This document shows, in pieces, positions 39,476 to 47,960 of a DNA stretch of 64,000 bases. This DNA is from an uncultured Clostridium sp. GTDB lineage: Bacteria; Bacillota_I; Bacilli_A; RF39; UBA660. The notes beneath the pieces were generated by a model. It worked only from the letters and a program-made list of their open reading frames with translations, was not told the DNA's origin and ran no database searches. The position numbers and the translations under genes were made by a program. Each line of letters starts with the position of its first letter. Within the stretch, counting starts at the first letter, position 1. The DNA lies in the NCBI GenBank assembly GCA_964388545.1, contig CAYMAV010000002.1:14-64013 (forward strand), in the 5' to 3' direction.

Positions 39476-41725
39476 CTAATCATCAAAGAAATCATCAAAA
39501 AACTTTTCATCCTCACTAATATCTTCTAGTTTTATAGTTGCTACTGGCTTTGGAGGTTCGATTGCAATTTCTTTTTCTATTTTTAACTCGCTTGGATTAT
39601 CGTATATTTTGACATTATTTTCAACAGTTATCTTAGGTTTTTCTTCATATGTTTTTTCTAAATGTTCAATATTTTTATTAACATCTGCCTCTATTCGATT
39701 ACAAATCTCTTCAGTTACTTTTATATTTTGCTTTTCTAATCTAGCTTTTTCTTTTCTTTCTTTTTCTTTTCTTTCTTCTTCTTCAATCTCATTTAACTTA
39801 GCATCTATTTTAGCAACTAAATCGCTAACCGATAAATCTGGCTTTGAATTTCTTTTTTCTGTCGGTTTATTGTTTTCACCATTAAAACCAAAAGGACTAT
39901 AACCAAAATCCATATCAGGACTATAACCAAAATCCATATCAGGACTTGCTTTTTTTGCATCATCATCTTTTTTATCTTTATTGATAGATGCCATCATCTC
40001 ATTTAACTTTTCATTTTTCTTAGCTTTAACAAATTCTCTTATATCAAAAACTTCAATCTTTCTTTTTTCTCTTTCGTTATATTTAGCTTTCGGATATTTT
40101 TTTCCACCCCAGTCAATTTTAAAATCTGGAACAAAAGAGTGTTTAAATGGATTTTTTCTAAGTCTTAAAAGTATTTGATCAAATTGCTTCATCCTTTGCA
40201 AATCGCTTACTGTAACAAGTGGTGTTGAAGCTGTTTTATCATCCTTTTTAGATTTTTTTTCTCCACATAACTTACTAATCTCCTCCAAAGCTGCTAATTC
40301 CGTAGAAATAAGATAAATAATATTACCGCAGTTACCTTTAATAGTTTCTGCCTCATCTTTTCCATAAACCTGATTTAACTGAGCAAAATTTTGAATAATC
40401 AAAGTAAAACGAATAAGTTTTGACCTTGCTGCCGTAATCATTGTTGTAACATCTTTTAAAGGGGGCATGTTTGCAAACTCATCAAGAATAAAGTTAGTTC
40501 TAATTGGCAATTTACCACCATTATGTTGAGCAACATCGATTAAAGTTTCATATGCTTGTTTAATAAAAATTGTTGCTAATGAGTGATATGTCTTCTTTTC
40601 GTCTTGAATAATTATAAATACTGCTGTTTTTTCTTTACCAATCGTTGAAATATCAAAGTCACTATAACTTAACATTTCTGTTAAATTTTCACGAGTTGCA
40701 AAAAGTTTAACCTTTTGTTTAAAAACCGAAATAATACTTCCCTTTGTATCACTAGGAGCCGCTACCGTTCCTATCGCATTTACATAAGCAGCACTTGTTG
40801 GTTCCTTATAGTTAAAATACTCTTTTATATAAGTTGAACCACCAAATTTATCGTCTCCAACCGAAGAAGTTAAATTAATACTATTAATATTTATCTGATT
40901 TTCTGGAGCATCTTCAAAAAGTGCTAAAGAAATACCCGTAAAGTAATCTGCTGCCGTATTTTGCCAGAATGGATCGTCGTTTTGCGACTTTTCATCATAC
41001 AATATATTTAATGCTAAGTCATCTATTAACTCAATTCCCTTATCAAAATTTCCAGCTTTGTATAATCTATAAGGTAGATCCAGTGGATTCCAACAATTTC
41101 CTCTTTGTGGAGAACGAAAGTTTAATAATATTACATTATAACCATTAGCTCTTAACATTTCTCCGGTATCTTCATATAACTCCCCCTTAGGGTCAGTAAC
41201 TATTATTGATTCTCCTGCTTTAATTAAAGTTCTTAATTGAGGTAAAACAATACACTGAGTTTTACCAGAACCAGTAGATCCTATTACTAAAGTATGAAAC
41301 TCTCCGTTATCCACCCATAATTCAGTACCATTAGAAATAAGCGGTGTTCCAGCATGTTTAATTTTATCATCAGATGCTAACACCCTTACTACATCTTTAT
41401 CGTTTTTAATTTCTTTAACATTAGCCCAATCACTATATCCGCCTGAATTAACTTTACCAACGCGAAAACCAAAACCTTTTTCAAATTCAAAGAAATAAGA
41501 TTTAACGCTTAATAAAAGTCCAACCATTGAAACTAAATAAAGAATTAAAGTATATGCTATATTATCTGGAAAAAACGCTGGTATTGGATTTAACCCATAA
41601 AAAGTTCCATCGGCTGATAAAGTCTGTATATTTAATACTGAAATAGCAATTAAATACAATAAAAATACAGCAAATATAGCAAAAATTGTCAGATCTTTTT
41701 CTGTTGCTACAAATTTGAATTTCAT
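39476..41725 (-). CDS. VirD4/TraG-type type IV coupling protein-like membrane ATPase
   Basis: 749 aa. N-terminal TM helices, Walker A 'GSTGSGKT', 'VTDPKGE', 'DPFWQNTAADYF', Walker B region 'FILDEFANMPPL', and 'LIIQNFAQLNQVYG'. The C-terminal tail is low-complexity and K/E-rich. Confidence 0.8.
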   Translation of the reverse strand: MKFKFVATEKDLTIFAIFAVFLLYLIAISVLNIQTLSADGTFYGLNPIPAFFPDNIAYTLILYLVSMVGLLLSVKSYFFEFEKGFGFRVGKVNSGGYSDWANVKEIKNDKDVVRVLASDDKIKHAGTPLISNGTELWVDNGEFHTLVIGSTGSGKTQCIVLPQLRTLIKAGESIIVTDPKGELYEDTGEMLRANGYNVILLNFRSPQRGNCWNPLDLPYRLYKAGNFDKGIELIDDLALNILYDEKSQNDDPFWQNTAADYFTGISLALFEDAPENQININSINLTSSVGDDKFGGSTYIKEYFNYKEPTSAAYVNAIGTVAAPSDTKGSIISVFKQKVKLFATRENLTEMLSYSDFDISTIGKEKTAVFIIIQDEKKTYHSLATIFIKQAYETLIDVAQHNGGKLPIRTNFILDEFANMPPLKDVTTMITAARSKLIRFTLIIQNFAQLNQVYGKDEAETIKGNCGNIIYLISTELAALEEISKLCGEKKSKKDDKTASTPLVTVSDLQRMKQFDQILLRLRKNPFKHSFVPDFKIDWGGKKYPKAKYNEREKRKIEVFDIREFVKAKKNEKLNEMMASINKDKKDDDAKKASPDMDFGYSPDMDFGYSPFGFNGENNKPTEKRNSKPDLSVSDLVAKIDAKLNEIEEEERKEKERKEKARLEKQNIKVTEEICNRIEADVNKNIEHLEKTYEEKPKITVENNVKIYDNPSELKIEKEIAIEPPKPVATIKLEDISEDEKFFDDFFDD
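39893..39946 (-). repeat. 24-nt tandem direct repeat (2.25 copies) inside the coupling-protein tail
   Basis: The plus-strand unit 'AGGACTATAACCAAAATCCATATC' occurs at 39893-39916 and 39917-39940, with a partial third copy. It encodes 'SPDMDFGY' twice. Confidence 0.9.
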
Positions 41726-41754
41726 ACACTACACATCCTTAAATTTCTTATTAA

Positions 41755-41763
41755 ATAATACCA
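41755..41763 (-). promoter_or_regulatory. extended -10 promoter candidate for the coupling-ATPase operon
   Basis: The minus strand reads 'TGGTATTAT' (TGnTAnnAT) about 30 nt upstream of the ATG at 41725. Confidence 0.4.
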
Positions 41764-41798
41764 TATATTAAAGATTTATACAATTTATAAACCTATAA

Positions 41799-42224
41799 TT
41801 AAGATTTTATTTTTGAAAAATCTCCATTTAAAACAATTGGAGAAAAACCATGAATTTCATCATATAACAATCCTTCCGGAATATCGTTATATAAATAAAT
41901 TTTTTTATTATATCTAAAAGCCTCATACATCTCTAAAAAGGTTGAACCACCAATATAATTTTTATAAACTTTTCCATCTTCTTCTTTATCTAAATTAAGA
42001 GCTATGATTTCATCGACATCTTTTACTATTTTTTCACTTCTTTTTATCATTTCTCTTTTAAATTTTTTTTGCTCTTCTTCCGTCATCTTTTTTTCTTTAT
42101 TTTCTATATCATCTTCACCATAACAATTAGGAAAATGAACATTTATATTCATCCTCTCAAGTTTATCTTTAATATTATCAATATACTTATAAAATCTCTT
42201 ACTATAAACTATTAATATATCCAT
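41799..42224 (-). CDS. nucleoside 2-deoxyribosyltransferase-like superfamily protein (tentative)
   Basis: 141 aa. 'VDEIIALNLDK...NYIGGSTFLEMYEAFRYNKKIYLY' resembles the D..G(T/S)..E.g.A...K motif of that fold. Judged by eye only. Confidence 0.35.
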   Translation of the reverse strand: MDILIVYSKRFYKYIDNIKDKLERMNINVHFPNCYGEDDIENKEKKMTEEEQKKFKREMIKRSEKIVKDVDEIIALNLDKEEDGKVYKNYIGGSTFLEMYEAFRYNKKIYLYNDIPEGLLYDEIHGFSPIVLNGDFSKIKS

Positions 42225-42280
42225 AAGTCCTCCTAATTAATTAGTTACTTATATTATACATTAAAAACATAAAAAAAGAA

Positions 42281-42529
42281 TTAAAAACTATCTATTTCAA
42301 TTCTTACTCTTTTATTTTCTTTTAAGCTACTACTAGCTTGAACTAAAGTTCTTATCGCCTTAATATTTTTACCTTCTCTTCCGATTATTCTTCCAATATC
42401 ATTAGAAGAAACCATCGCCTGGATCATAATAGTATTTTCTTCTTCAGTTTCAAATTCCTTAACCGAAACACTATCCTTATCCTTAGCAAGAGACATCAAA
42501 ATTTCCTTTGTTAATTCAACTAATTCCAT
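42281..42529 (-). CDS. KH-domain RNA-binding protein (YlqC-like)
   Basis: 82 aa. 'IGRIIGREGKNIKAIRTLV' contains the GxxG KH motif. It sits in the conserved position directly after rpsP. Confidence 0.85.
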   Translation of the reverse strand: MELVELTKEILMSLAKDKDSVSVKEFETEEENTIMIQAMVSSNDIGRIIGREGKNIKAIRTLVQASSSLKENKRVRIEIDSF

Positions 42530-42531
42530 AA

Positions 42532-42801
42532 TTATTTACTTCCTTTTTTATCTTCTCTAAATTTAGCCATAACGCCTTTTTTGCTTAATAGACTTCTAAC
42601 TGTATCTGTAGGAAGTGCTCCATCATTTAACCATTTAAGTGCTACTTCATCATTAATAACAACCTCATCATTAGCTGGATTATATGTACCAATTTGTTCA
42701 ATATATTGTCCATCTCTTGATTTTCTTGAATCACTAGCAACAATTCTATAAACTGGTTTGTTTTTAGCCCCTAATCTAGTTAATCTAATTCTAACTGCCA
42801 T
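42532..42801 (-). CDS. rpsP: 30S ribosomal protein S16
   Basis: '[42 protein letters not shown]'. Confidence 0.97.
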   Translation of the reverse strand: MAVRIRLTRLGAKNKPVYRIVASDSRKSRDGQYIEQIGTYNPANDEVVINDEVALKWLNDGALPTDTVRSLLSKKGVMAKFREDKKGSK

Positions 42802-42860
42802 TTTATTCCCTCCATTTCATCTATATGCATTATATATTAATTAAAAAGAGGTGTCAACCA

Positions 42861-45362
42861 TTAATTATTAACACTCTTTTTCTTTTCAATATATAGATTA
42901 ATTATAAAGGCAAATATTCCAATAAGCGAAATAATGATCGCTTCTTTTTGCAGGGGTGGATTATATTCTAGCATTACTTTATGAACTCCCTTTGTTAAAG
43001 ATATTCCTATAAATGAATAATCTAACTTTTCTATTTCAACTTCTTTTCCATCTACATAAGCAGTAAATCCTTTATCATAGCCTATTGTATAAATAAGGTA
43101 ACCATCTTCTTTTGCTTCTATATTACCTTCAATAGTATTTGCTGTTTTATTATTTATATTTAAAGGTACAATATTATCCCTTATATCTTTAATATCATCT
43201 ACATCTAAAGAATACACTTCTAAATCTTTAATAATATATTTTCCCTTGGTAAACATTATTTTTAACTCTTCTTCATCTTTAATTGACAAAGTATAGTTAA
43301 AATCGTTATTTCCATTAAAATATTTCCAATTTTTATTGGTTAAAACATTTTCCATTCCATTAATCTTTATTCTTAAATCACGCTTTTGCTCTTTTAAGTT
43401 AAATTTAATAAATAAAATTTTATCTTTATATTTACCACCTATTTTATAATTAAGCAAAAATCCATGTTCAGCATTTATCTCAATTGATGAATCATCATTT
43501 TTTATTAATCCATCATAATTAAATAATTCTTCTAGTTTAATATCTTCTTTAACAACTGAATTTTTATAATTGTTTTTTGATATCTTATCGTTAACAATAA
43601 GCTTTAAGAACCCTACTTGTTGTTCGTATTTGTTCATCTTTTCAAAATCATTATAAGTTATAAGATTAGAATTAAAGTAGGCAATTGGCAATACATTTTT
43701 ATTCTCATAGAGATAGAAATTTTTAAATTTAACCTCATTGTATAAAAGAGGAGCTTTTTCTCTACTTATAAAATATTTATTACCTAAAAGCATATTAGAA
43801 AGAAGATTATTACTACTTACAACCAGCATTCTATTTCGATAAGGCATCTCGTTAGTTAGATAATCATAATAAAACCTATTATAATATCGATTATCAATAG
43901 AAGAATAGCTAGTAGCATTATAATAATTAATATTATTAAAAAGCTTATTTGGATTTTTAGCCGTTCTATAATTAATGTTTATACGATAAAAATCATTACT
44001 GTTCTTTTCAAGGAAATCGATATATTTTAAATGCGTTTTTATATCGTTATTTTCATGCCTAAACTGAACCTTGTTTTCTAAGTAATCAACATGATTGCCT
44101 ACATAACTTTTAACAAAAGAAAGCACGATTATCATTATAATAAGTATAATCTTTTTTGAATATTTTAAATATGCTAAAAAACTTATTAAAAGAAGTGTAA
44201 ATTCTAATAATAGCAAATATTTTATTTCAGATCCAAAAATAAGAATCCAAGTTAAAAATAAAGTAATTAGAATCAATAATCTCCTATATTGAACCTTCTT
44301 TTTAAAAATATCTTCAATAAAAATGGCAGTTACATAGATAAATAAAGGTAAAAATGGCATCAAACTTTTAGCATTTACATAGATAAATCCATTTAATATA
44401 AAATTAAAGATATTTAAAAAGGTTATTAAAATAAGCAAAATACCTAATCTAAAGTGTTTTTTATCTTTATTAAACAAGTTTAATATCGCAATAAAGGAAA
44501 GGAAACTAAGTCCTATTCCATAAGAGTTATAAAGGATATTATCGATATTATCAGCACTTGGTAAAAAAAGAGTATTGAACGCTATTAAGGTATTAGAGGC
44601 ATTTCGATTAATAACCAAGGTATAAAATGTTGGAATTATTAATACTGCGGATGCTAAAACCGATATTAAAAGAGGTATGCTAATGCTTATTAAATGATTA
44701 AATATCTTTTTAAAATTAATATTTTTTAGTTTAAGTGGATAAAAATAATAAATTACTAAAACTAATATTCCACTTATACTAAAATAATAACTAGTCATAA
44801 TCATTAAAAATGCTGAAATTATCAATAACGAGTTTTTATTTTTTTCTATTTTCTTATCAATTCCAAAAAACCCTAATATTAAAAATAACATATAATTTGC
44901 AAACATCAAATGTCGATGCGAATGAAAAGTTAACGAATCTGCAAGAATAAAAAGAATTGAGGATAAAAAGGAAGTTTCCTCGCTAAACTTTTTCTTTCTA
45001 AGAAAAATGTATAAGAAAACAGTGCTTAAGATATTTAATATAACGCTTGATAATATTAAAAAATCAACCATTTCTATAAAAGGAAATAAATAGGATATTA
45101 AAATAATTGGGCTAAATAATCCATAATAACTAAAATTGTAGATATTTTGTCCTCCTCCAATATTCATCGCAAACTTTGGTATTATTTCTTTTGATTCATA
45201 AAAAAGTGTTCTAAAATATTCTGGAATTGAAATATGTTGTGAATACCAATCAAGAGTTGAACCATAGTAAAAGGTTAAACTATTAAGAGTAAAAAATATT
45301 ATTAAAAACAATAATATAGTAATCACTAAATATTTATAATCCTTTTTATTTAAGTTTTTCAT
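42861..45362 (-). CDS. YfhO-family-like polytopic membrane glycosyltransferase
   Basis: About 833 aa from Met13 (RBS 'GGAG'). More than 12 TM helices across the N-terminal roughly 430 aa, a large extracytoplasmic domain, and one final C-terminal TM. The call rests on architecture and size only. Confidence 0.5.
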   Translation of the reverse strand: MKNLNKKDYKYLVITILLFLIIFFTLNSLTFYYGSTLDWYSQHISIPEYFRTLFYESKEIIPKFAMNIGGGQNIYNFSYYGLFSPIILISYLFPFIEMVDFLILSSVILNILSTVFLYIFLRKKKFSEETSFLSSILFILADSLTFHSHRHLMFANYMLFLILGFFGIDKKIEKNKNSLLIISAFLMIMTSYYFSISGILVLVIYYFYPLKLKNINFKKIFNHLISISIPLLISVLASAVLIIPTFYTLVINRNASNTLIAFNTLFLPSADNIDNILYNSYGIGLSFLSFIAILNLFNKDKKHFRLGILLILITFLNIFNFILNGFIYVNAKSLMPFLPLFIYVTAIFIEDIFKKKVQYRRLLILITLFLTWILIFGSEIKYLLLLEFTLLLISFLAYLKYSKKIILIIMIIVLSFVKSYVGNHVDYLENKVQFRHENNDIKTHLKYIDFLEKNSNDFYRININYRTAKNPNKLFNNINYYNATSYSSIDNRYYNRFYYDYLTNEMPYRNRMLVVSSNNLLSNMLLGNKYFISREKAPLLYNEVKFKNFYLYENKNVLPIAYFNSNLITYNDFEKMNKYEQQVGFLKLIVNDKISKNNYKNSVVKEDIKLEELFNYDGLIKNDDSSIEINAEHGFLLNYKIGGKYKDKILFIKFNLKEQKRDLRIKINGMENVLTNKNWKYFNGNNDFNYTLSIKDEEELKIMFTKGKYIIKDLEVYSLDVDDIKDIRDNIVPLNINNKTANTIEGNIEAKEDGYLIYTIGYDKGFTAYVDGKEVEIEKLDYSFIGISLTKGVHKVMLEYNPPLQKEAIIISLIGIFAFIINLYIEKKKSVNN

Positions 45363-46050
45363 CTTTACTCCATTCATCATATCTAATCCAATTTTCAAAA
45401 GGTATCATATGTTGATATCTAAATTGATAAAAACTTTGCGATTGATATATTCCTAACATTTCTTCTTTTTCTTTTAAAATATTTCCTTCCAAAGGTATTA
45501 ATTCATCTATTATATTTTTAATATCTCTTTTTTTATAGAAATTTCCAAAATAATATAATTTATTTTTATCATCTACCTCACTGGTAACCATCTTACTGGT
45601 CATTTTATGATGGATATGACCATATTCACCATCTGGATTATGAGTTACAATTAATTTCCAATTTTTTAGATTAATAATTGTTTTAAGATCTTCTTCAATA
45701 TTTTTATATTGTCTCTTCCATTTTGATCTCATACTTTTTTTCTCTTTATCAGGATAACCAAGTAAAATATATTTATCATTTGTTTTATTCATAACATTAA
45801 TAAATTCATAATTTCTAACTATATTATTACCACAAGTTATACAAACAACAAGATAATCATCCTTGATAAGAGATCCTCCGCCCCATAACATCTCATCATC
45901 CGGATGAGCTACTATCATTAATTTATCAATTCCTTCTATATTAATATCAAAATTTCTTTTTTTAACAAAAATATACTTTATCGAAAAGAGAAATAATACA
46001 AAAGAAAAAAACACCAGTATATAAATTATCTTTTTTTTATCTTTTTTCAT
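45346..46050 (-). CDS. PIG-L/LmbE-family deacetylase with N-terminal anchor
   Basis: 'MIVAHPDDEMLWGG' and 'HNPDGEYGHIHH' metal-binding motifs. Has an N-terminal TM. Confidence 0.8.
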   Translation of the reverse strand: MKKDKKKIIYILVFFSFVLFLFSIKYIFVKKRNFDINIEGIDKLMIVAHPDDEMLWGGGSLIKDDYLVVCITCGNNIVRNYEFINVMNKTNDKYILLGYPDKEKKSMRSKWKRQYKNIEEDLKTIINLKNWKLIVTHNPDGEYGHIHHKMTSKMVTSEVDDKNKLYYFGNFYKKRDIKNIIDELIPLEGNILKEKEEMLGIYQSQSFYQFRYQHMIPFENWIRYDEWSKDEKLK

Positions 46051-46101
46051 ATTTTACCTTCTTTTAATACCTAAAAAGTATATCATAAAAAAAAGTTTTT
46101 A

Positions 46102-46986
46102 TTAAGTATTGTTTTGCTTCTTAACCAAAACTTTTTCAACAGTTGATAAATCTTCGATTTTTATATCTAAATTTGACATTAAACGATTAGAATCAATTCT
46201 TCCTGATAGATGTTGTTCAATTGCTAAATCAACTGCTCTTTTATCTTGTAATCTTCTTTCTATAATACCTAAGGCAGCATTATAAGAATATAAATACTTA
46301 ATAAAATCATTTATATAATTTCTAAAGTCTGAATATTTGTTTTTTAGTTCTAAAATTTCTTTTAGGCTTAAATTAAATAATGATTTAACTCCAGAGACTG
46401 GATCAAACGTTGCTTTTGATCTATTATTTATAAACTCTTTAAAACCATTTGGAGAAGTAACTTTATACATCAAATACTCAAAATAAATTGGTATTATTTC
46501 CGAATGTAAAGGAGTACTTAAGACATCAAATCCCCTATTATCACAGTAGGCCTGATAATAGTGCCCAAATTCATGAGCTAAAATGGCAAATCCCTTATTT
46601 GTAGAAAAATCATCAACCTTTATTGTCGCAAAAACATCATTATATCTATAATCATAGTTTATATTTGGAGAAGGAAGTTTACCAAAAGCCTGATAAATGC
46701 TTGAATTATTTTGAGCATAACTAAAATAATAATCCAATAATGGTGTTGAAAAATCATCTGCGATTTTTCTTAAATACTCCTCAAAAGATTTAAAAGTCGT
46801 CCTTTCTATATATGATCTTGTCACAATAACTTTATCTAATAACATTTTTGCTCTAGTAATAGCATCGATATATTCCATCTCAAAAGCTCTATTTTCTGGC
46901 TTTATATTTTTATTTAGAAATAAAGAAGCTTTATCAGATAAAGCATCAGCATAATATAACTTAATATTTTTAACCATAGGCATCAC
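46102..46986 (-). CDS. putative zinc metallopeptidase (HExxH)
   Basis: The only motif recognised is 'AILAHEFGHYYQ'. 294 aa. Confidence 0.4.
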   Translation of the reverse strand: MMPMVKNIKLYYADALSDKASLFLNKNIKPENRAFEMEYIDAITRAKMLLDKVIVTRSYIERTTFKSFEEYLRKIADDFSTPLLDYYFSYAQNNSSIYQAFGKLPSPNINYDYRYNDVFATIKVDDFSTNKGFAILAHEFGHYYQAYCDNRGFDVLSTPLHSEIIPIYFEYLMYKVTSPNGFKEFINNRSKATFDPVSGVKSLFNLSLKEILELKNKYSDFRNYINDFIKYLYSYNAALGIIERRLQDKRAVDLAIEQHLSGRIDSNRLMSNLDIKIEDLSTVEKVLVKKQNNT

Positions 46987-47009
46987 CTGTTCGGTGATTA
47001 TACCACATT

Positions 47010-47687
47010 TTACATTTTTAGTAAATCTTTTATTACATAACTAGCAATATATAATCCCGCTGCATTCGGAACAAAGGAAGATGATCCTACTACTTCACCT
47101 TTATAGATAGGTATTTCTTTTGAATATAAAACCATTATTTTCTCTTTTATATTTTCCTCTTTAGCCCACTTTCGAATAATCTTTGCTAAAGGACAAATAT
47201 CCGTCTTTTTTATATCAGCAATTTCTAATTTTGAAGGATCTAATTTATTTCCCGTTCCCATCGATGATATAAAGGAAATATTATAATCAATAGCTTTTCT
47301 TATTATCGCTTTTTTGGTTTTAATCGTATCGCAACAATCGATAATATAATCTGGTTTTTCATTACTCATAACCTCATCAATATTTTCTTCTGTTAAGAAT
47401 AAATCGTATTTAGAAACCTTAATATTAGGATTAATATCCTTGATAATATTAGATAAAACATTCACTTTTTTTTTACCAAGTGTTGAATGATAGGCTATTA
47501 CTTGTCGATTAATATTAGATAATTCTACTACATCATGATCAATTATTACTATATTTTCTATGCCACTTCTAATAAGAGAAATAACACATTCTCCACCTAC
47601 TCCGCCTACTCCAATAATCATTATTTTTTTATTTTTAATAATATTTAAGGAATCTTCACCAATTAATAATTTCCATCTATCAAACAT
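47010..47687 (-). CDS. tcdA: tRNA threonylcarbamoyladenosine dehydratase (ThiF-family)
   Basis: 'IMIIGVGGVGGECVISLIRSGIENIVIIDHDVVELSNINRQV'. 225 aa. RBS 'GGAGG'. Confidence 0.8.
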   Translation of the reverse strand: MFDRWKLLIGEDSLNIIKNKKIMIIGVGGVGGECVISLIRSGIENIVIIDHDVVELSNINRQVIAYHSTLGKKKVNVLSNIIKDINPNIKVSKYDLFLTEENIDEVMSNEKPDYIIDCCDTIKTKKAIIRKAIDYNISFISSMGTGNKLDPSKLEIADIKKTDICPLAKIIRKWAKEENIKEKIMVLYSKEIPIYKGEVVGSSSFVPNAAGLYIASYVIKDLLKM

Positions 47688-47708
47688 ATAGCCTCCAAAT
47701 TTTTACAC

Positions 47709-47876
47709 AAAAAAATGTCTAAAAGAATGGGTACGATAAAACCCGCTCCCCGCAGGTGGGTGTCCTTACATAACCTTTAGGATTCTTATTTAAAATAAGC
47801 CTTCACACCAGTTATCGATCAAAACTCCCTTATCGTTCAATTAGTCGGTTTTACAACTCCGATTCTTTAGACAATC
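47709..47876 (-). ncRNA. candidate structured RNA (about 168 nt), class undetermined
   Basis: A GC-rich island in an AT-rich spacer. An extended -10 'TGGTATATT' lies at 47879-47887. The 5' 'UUGUCUAAAGAAU' pairs with the 3' 'AUUCUUUUAGACA', followed by U7. Internal helices are UCGG/CCGA, ACGAUAA/UUAUCGU, GGUGU/ACACC and CUUAUU/AAUAAG. Confidence 0.5.
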
Positions 47877-47935
47877 TAAATATACCACATTATTAATATT
47901 TTTTAAATAGTTTTAACATATTTTGACATAAGTTG

Positions 47936-47960
47936 ACAAAAAAAAGGAGTTACCTCCTTT
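47936..47960 (-). terminator. intrinsic terminator after the P/V/E-rich protein gene
   Basis: Stem AAAGGAG/CTCCTTT (47943-47960) with a 4-nt loop, followed by a U-run on the minus strand. Confidence 0.65.

Noticed and set aside
39476-41725. Calling the VirD4/TraG-like gene region a mobile element (ICE or plasmid remnant).
   Set aside because: No integrase, relaxase, VirB4/VirB6, replication gene or flanking direct repeats are visible. The neighbours are core genes in tight operonic spacing, and composition and strand orientation match the surroundings. The evidence is insufficient for a mobile_element call.
47709-47876. Assigning the structured RNA to a known class (ZTP/pfl, SRP/4.5S, RNase P, tmRNA, T-box, c-di-AMP).
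   Set aside because: 'CUGGUG...CACC...GGGGAGC' superficially recalls the ZTP 5' subdomain, but the obligatory 3' 'CCGCCUGGGC' element is missing. There is no 'GGAAGCAGC' SRP helix-8 motif, no 'GAGGAAAGUCC' and no 'GGTGGTACC'. The class is left undetermined.
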